Assembly (NCBI GenBank): GCA_963704725.1
Contig: OY969934.1
Location: 1,248,001 to 1,312,000 of the forward strand
From: an uncultured Actinomycetes bacterium
GTDB taxonomy: Bacteria > Actinomycetota > UBA4738 > HRBIN12
Direction: 5' to 3'
DNA: 64,000 nt
Both the position numbers and the translations under genes were made by a program. Below, one piece after another: positions 60,132 to 64,000 of this stretch (position 1 is its first letter; the number at the start of each line of letters is the position of its first letter). The notes below the pieces were generated by a model. That model saw only the letters and a program-made list of their open reading frames with translations, was not told where the DNA came from and made no database searches.

Positions 60132-60449
60132 ATGATCGCGAGGACCTGGCGGGGATGGACGAGCACATCCGACGCGGACCGGTACGTCGAGTACCTGCAG
60201 GAGACCGGCGTGAAGGAGTACCGGGAGACGCCGGGGAACCGCGGCGTGTTCATGCTGCGCCGCGTCGACGCAGACCGGGTGGAGTTCCTCCTCCTCACGC
60301 TGTGGGACTCGATCGAGGCGGTTCGGGCGTTCTCGGGACCGGACGAGCGCGTCGCCGTGTTCTACCCGGAGGACGACGCGTTCCTCGTCGATCGCGAGCG
60401 CCACGCCGACCACTTCGAGGTGCTCGCGTCGCCGGACGATTTCCGCTGA
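60132..60449 (+). CDS. antibiotic biosynthesis monooxygenase-like (dimeric alpha-beta barrel) protein
   Basis: MIARTWRG, PGNRG, TLWDSIEAVRAFSG, AVFYPED. Confidence 0.8.
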   Translation: MIARTWRGWTSTSDADRYVEYLQETGVKEYRETPGNRGVFMLRRVDADRVEFLLLTLWDSIEAVRAFSGPDERVAVFYPEDDAFLVDRERHADHFEVLASPDDFR

Positions 60450-60705
60450 CCACGCCGACGGTCTTGGACGAGGTGCTCGGGAGGCTCGATTCGTCAAGGA
60501 TCGGAGCGCCTGCACCGCGACCTCCAGCTGTTCGTGGCGCAACCGGACCAATGCCTGAGCTGGCCGTCCAGGGATTCGAGGACGGGACCGCGGAGTTCGC
60601 GGTCGGGCGTACCTTTCCACGACGGTTCCCATTCGGCTCCGACGCAACGCAGAATCTCTTCACAACCAGGGTTCGCGAGGAGTTCATCGGCTCACCGTCA
60701 CGACG

Positions 60706-60745
60706 CGAAGGCGTTGCTCCGGCACGAAGGCGTTGCTCCGGCACG
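60706..60745. repeat. 19-bp tandem duplication (CGAAGGCGTTGCTCCGGCA x2)
   Basis: Exact copies at 60706-60724 and 60725-60743. Confidence 0.85.
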
Positions 60746-60857
60746 GAGGGTGAAGGAATCCGGGTGCAGTCGTGCAGCCTCGCAATGGCGGGAGCCCGCC
60801 GTCACAAATGAGCTTGCTTCGTACGGACGTCCTCGGGTTCGAACGATGCTGGCGCCG

Positions 60858-61151
60858 TCACCCAAGCGGGGGCGAGGAGGTCGGTCCGTCATCCAGAACC
60901 CGGCGATACGGTGGACGCCGGCTCTGACCGAGTGGCCGGTCCTTGTTGGCGTACATGACGGCGGCCACGGCGGCGACTGGCCCAACGTAGATGGCGCCGA
61001 CGCCAACCCCCCAGACGACGATGACGAAGAGGACATGGCTGGCTTCGACGGGGCCCCATATCAGCGCAACGAGAAACGAAACGGCGACGGTGAAGGAAAG
61101 GCCAACGAGCCATCCGAGGGCGGCGTATCGGACCGTCCTCCATCCACCCAT
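60858..61151 (-). CDS. small hypothetical membrane protein
   Basis: Two to three hydrophobic segments; atypical codon usage. Confidence 0.4.
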   Translation of the reverse strand: MGGWRTVRYAALGWLVGLSFTVAVSFLVALIWGPVEASHVLFVIVVWGVGVGAIYVGPVAAVAAVMYANKDRPLGQSRRPPYRRVLDDGPTSSPPLG

Positions 61152-61253
61152 ATCCCAAGCATGGGGGACCGGGGCGTGAGCGGCAAGGGATGAACGGCCA
61201 GAAGTCCTCCGATGGATGGCCAGTTCTCGGACGCCGCCAATGGAACGGGAACG

Positions 61254-61805
61254 CTATGGATCGGAGAGGTCGGCCGGCGTCGTGGTCGAGGTCTCCCAGT
61301 CCCCGCGCAGGATGGCGTAGCCGAGCCCGTCGAGCCGGACGCCGTCGGCGTCCGGGGGCCACGCCTGCCGGTAGACCGCCTCCTTCGTCCATCCCGCGCG
61401 GACGAACGCGTGCCGCATGGCGAGGTTGTCGCGGCGGGTCTGACCCTCGATCCGCCACCGATCGGGATGACGCCGGAAGAACTCGTCGGTGATGAAGCGG
61501 ATGGCGGCGACGCCGAGGCCGCGTCCGCGCCAACGTTCTCGGATCCGGATGTCGAGGGAGGGGTCTTCCCACGGCTCGGCGACGGCGTCGAGGCGCACCA
61601 GCCCGGCGTCCTCGCCCTCGGTCTCGACGAAGAACGTCAGATCGTTGCCGCCGCCGTAGTCGCCGTCGGCGATCAAGGCCAGCACGTCCTCCCGCGTGAA
61701 CGACGTCTTCACCCGCCGGGGCCACGGCTCGCTCGTCAACAGCTCGACGAGCGCCTCGTCGTCCCGGCCGGGCACGTACTCCCGGAACGTGGTCGGGTCC
61801 GCCAT
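61254..61805 (-). CDS. GNAT N-acetyltransferase (RimJ/RimL-like)
   Basis: WRGRGLG, TRRDNLAMR, GWTKEAVYRQAW. Confidence 0.88.
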   Translation of the reverse strand: MADPTTFREYVPGRDDEALVELLTSEPWPRRVKTSFTREDVLALIADGDYGGGNDLTFFVETEGEDAGLVRLDAVAEPWEDPSLDIRIRERWRGRGLGVAAIRFITDEFFRRHPDRWRIEGQTRRDNLAMRHAFVRAGWTKEAVYRQAWPPDADGVRLDGLGYAILRGDWETSTTTPADLSDP

Positions 61806-61841
61806 GGACCGAATCTTCTACCACGGTCGCCGGAGAGGCGG

Positions 61842-61876
61842 TTGACGTTTCCATGCATTGTTTGCATAAATACTCG
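61842..61876 (+). promoter_or_regulatory. arg operon promoter with ArgR ARG-box-like sites
   Basis: AT-rich TTGACGTTTCCATGCATTGTTTGCATAAATACTC containing ATGCA and TGCATA half-sites, directly before argC. Confidence 0.65.
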
Positions 61877-61881
61877 GCATC

Positions 61882-62928
61882 GTGCCGGATCCGGTCGTCC
61901 GCGTGGGGGTCCTCGGCGCCTCGGGGTTCACCGGGGGCGAGCTGATCCGGCTGCTCGTCGCCCACCCACGGGTCGAGGTGGCCTTCCTCGGAGGCCGCGA
62001 GAGTGCCGGGCGCACCCTGGCCGAGATCCACCCCTTCCTCGCCGGGGTCCCCTCCGCCACCGAGCGTGTCCGCCCGGTCGAGGAGGCGGGCGACCTGGAC
62101 GTCGCGTTCCTTGCCCTCCCACGGGGCGAGAGCGCGGCGGTCGCCCCCGACCTCCTGGACCGGGGTGCCCGCGTGATCGACCTCGGCGGCGACTTCCGCC
62201 TCCCGGCCCCCGAGTATCCGGCGTGGTACGGCTTCGAGCACCCCGCGCCCGCTTGGCTGGGCAAGGCCGTGTACGGGCTGCCGGAGCGCTTCCGCGACCG
62301 GATCCGCCCCGCGCACCTGGTGGCGAACCCGGGGTGCTTCCCCACGCCGGTCGTCCTGGGGCTCGCGCCGCTGCTCGAGGCCGGCCTCCTCGAGCCCGGG
62401 CCGGTCGTCGTCGACGGCAAGACGGGACTGTCCGGCGCCGGGCGGACCGGCGCCGATGCCGCGAGCCACGCTGCCACGGAGGAGAGCGTTCGGCCCTACC
62501 GGTTCCCGGCCCATCAGCACACGCCGGAGATGGAGCTGGCGCTCGCGGACGCCTCGGGGGTGCGCGTTCCCGTGTCCTTCGTGCCGCATCTGGTTCCGGC
62601 CGTGCGCGGGGTGCTCGTGACGTGTTCGGCTCGAGCCGCCGCCGGCGTCACCACGGAGGACCTCGTGGGGGCCCTGTCCGCCGCGTACGCCGGCGAACCC
62701 TTCGTTCGGGTGCTCGAGCCCGGCGCGATGGCGGACACGAAGCGCGTGCGGGGGTCCAACGTCGTCGAGCTGCAGGCCGCCGTCGACGGCCGGACCGGCA
62801 CCGCGATCGTGATCGGGGCGATCGACAACCTGATGAAGGGCGCCGCCGGGCAGGCGGTGCAGAACCTCAACCTCCTGATCGGCTGCGACGAGTCAACCGC
62901 GCTGCCGTCGGTGGGGGTGTACCCGTGA
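61882..62928 (+). CDS. argC: N-acetyl-gamma-glutamyl-phosphate reductase
   Basis: GASGFTGGEL, YGLPE, VANPGCFPT, HQHTPE, IDNLMKGAAGQAVQN. Confidence 0.96.
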   Translation: MPDPVVRVGVLGASGFTGGELIRLLVAHPRVEVAFLGGRESAGRTLAEIHPFLAGVPSATERVRPVEEAGDLDVAFLALPRGESAAVAPDLLDRGARVIDLGGDFRLPAPEYPAWYGFEHPAPAWLGKAVYGLPERFRDRIRPAHLVANPGCFPTPVVLGLAPLLEAGLLEPGPVVVDGKTGLSGAGRTGADAASHAATEESVRPYRFPAHQHTPEMELALADASGVRVPVSFVPHLVPAVRGVLVTCSARAAAGVTTEDLVGALSAAYAGEPFVRVLEPGAMADTKRVRGSNVVELQAAVDGRTGTAIVIGAIDNLMKGAAGQAVQNLNLLIGCDESTALPSVGVYP

Positions 62929-64000
62929 GCGTGACGTTCCCCCGTGGGTTCCGGGCCGCCGGCGTGACGGCGGGGATGAAGCCCTCGGGCCGGGCCGACC
63001 TCGGGCTGCTCGTCGCCGACGAGGCGTGGAGCGCCGCCGGCCTGTTCACGACGAATGCGTTCGCCGCGGCCCCGGTCGTGCTGTCGAAGCTCCGGTTGGC
63101 CGAGGACGTGTCGAGGGCCGTGCTGGTGAACAGCGGGCAGGCCAACGCCGGCACCGGCGCCCGGGGCGATCGCGACGCCGAGACCACGACCGGGGCCGTG
63201 GCCAGCGCCCTGAACCTCGATCCCTCGGCGGTGATCGCCTGCTCGACCGGTGTGATCGGCGAGCCGCTGCACGTCGAGGAGCTCGTGGCGGCGGTGCCGT
63301 CGCTCGTGGGGGCGCTGTCGACCGAGGGCGGCGAAGCGTTCGCCGAGGCCATCCTCACGACGGATACCGTGACCAAGCAGGCCGCGGCGGAGCGCGGCCC
63401 CTACCGCGCCGGCGGCTGCGCCAAGGGCGTCGGGATGATCGCGCCCGATCTCGCCCTGGCCACGATGCTCGCGTTCCTCACGACCGACGCGCCGGTGCCA
63501 AAGGCGGAGATCGGACGCCTGGCGACGGAGGTGCTCGAGCCGAGGTTCGAGTCGCTCACCGTCGACGGCTGCACGAGCACGAACGACACCGTCCTGCTGT
63601 TTGCGAGCGGCGCGGCGGGGGGCGACCCGGTGGTGCCCGGCACGCCGGCGTGGGACGCCCTGGCCGAGGCGCTCGACGAGGTGGCGTCGTCGCTGGTGCT
63701 CCAGCTCGCGAGCGACGGCGAGGGGGCCACCCACGTCCTCATCGTCGACGTCACCGGGGCCCGGACCGAGGCGCATGCGCGCGTGGTGGCGAAGGCGGTG
63801 GCGAACTCGTTGCTCGTCAAGACCGCGGTCTTCGGCGGCGATCCGAACCCGGGTCGAATCCTGCAGGCGGTCGGATCGTCCGGGGTGCCGTTCGACCCGC
63901 GGGACGTCGACGGGTCCATCGGCGGGATCCGGGTGATCGCGGGCGGAGCCATCGCCGGCGGCGGGATGGAGGCGGCGCGAGCGGCGCTCCAGGAGCACCA
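62925..64000 (+). CDS. argJ: ornithine acetyltransferase/glutamate N-acetyltransferase (3' end lies outside the window)
   Basis: Hand translation VSVTFPRGFRAAGV..GMK, NSGQANAGTG, STGVIG, AKGVGMIAPD..LATML, STNDTV, DGEGAT. Confidence 0.95.
   Translation, partial: MSVTFPRGFRAAGVTAGMKPSGRADLGLLVADEAWSAAGLFTTNAFAAAPVVLSKLRLAEDVSRAVLVNSGQANAGTGARGDRDAETTTGAVASALNLDPSAVIACSTGVIGEPLHVEELVAAVPSLVGALSTEGGEAFAEAILTTDTVTKQAAAERGPYRAGGCAKGVGMIAPDLALATMLAFLTTDAPVPKAEIGRLATEVLEPRFESLTVDGCTSTNDTVLLFASGAAGGDPVVPGTPAWDALAEALDEVASSLVLQLASDGEGATHVLIVDVTGARTEAHARVVAKAVANSLLVKTAVFGGDPNPGRILQAVGSSGVPFDPRDVDGSIGGIRVIAGGAIAGGGMEAARAALQEH

Noticed and set aside
60706-60745. 19-bp repeat as an att site, target-site duplication or CRISPR remnant
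   Set aside because: Copies are directly adjacent with no spacer, and there is no integrase or transposase

Overview
A very GC-rich bacterial chromosome segment, most consistent with an Actinomycetota lineage (PPOX and LLM oxidoreductases, a PIG-L deacetylase, frequent leaderless TAnnnT promoters). It holds about 68 mostly housekeeping genes. I found no rRNA, tRNA, CRISPR array, integrase or transposase. Main blocks: split histidine utilisation genes (hutU, hutH, hutI) with a 5'-truncated Fic gene; a TPP riboswitch with a CytX-like transporter; pepA; lgt; mrp with a divergent Cys-rich regulator; an orphan pilT; two ECF sigma/anti-sigma pairs flanking nfeD-SPFH; a large glycerol/dihydroxyacetone cluster (glpF-dhaK-dhaL-glpK-glpABC, a DhaM-HPr-EI fusion, then pgsA-like and glpX) with a divergent second dhaL and an IclR gene; tldD/tldE; rmuC; and argC-argJ with ARG-box-like sites. 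The most unusual signals are: a 72-aa His/Glu-rich protein with four G[DST]FAEGQ repeats inside the glp cluster; a DhaL paralog coupled to the IclR regulator; an unannotated 58-aa CxxCxGxG zinc-finger microprotein; a 22-codon uORF linking the TPP riboswitch to its transporter; and a GGAACC-N14-GGTGTA motif shared by an ECF sigma gene and a cupredoxin gene. All calls come from reading motifs by eye, with no database searches.
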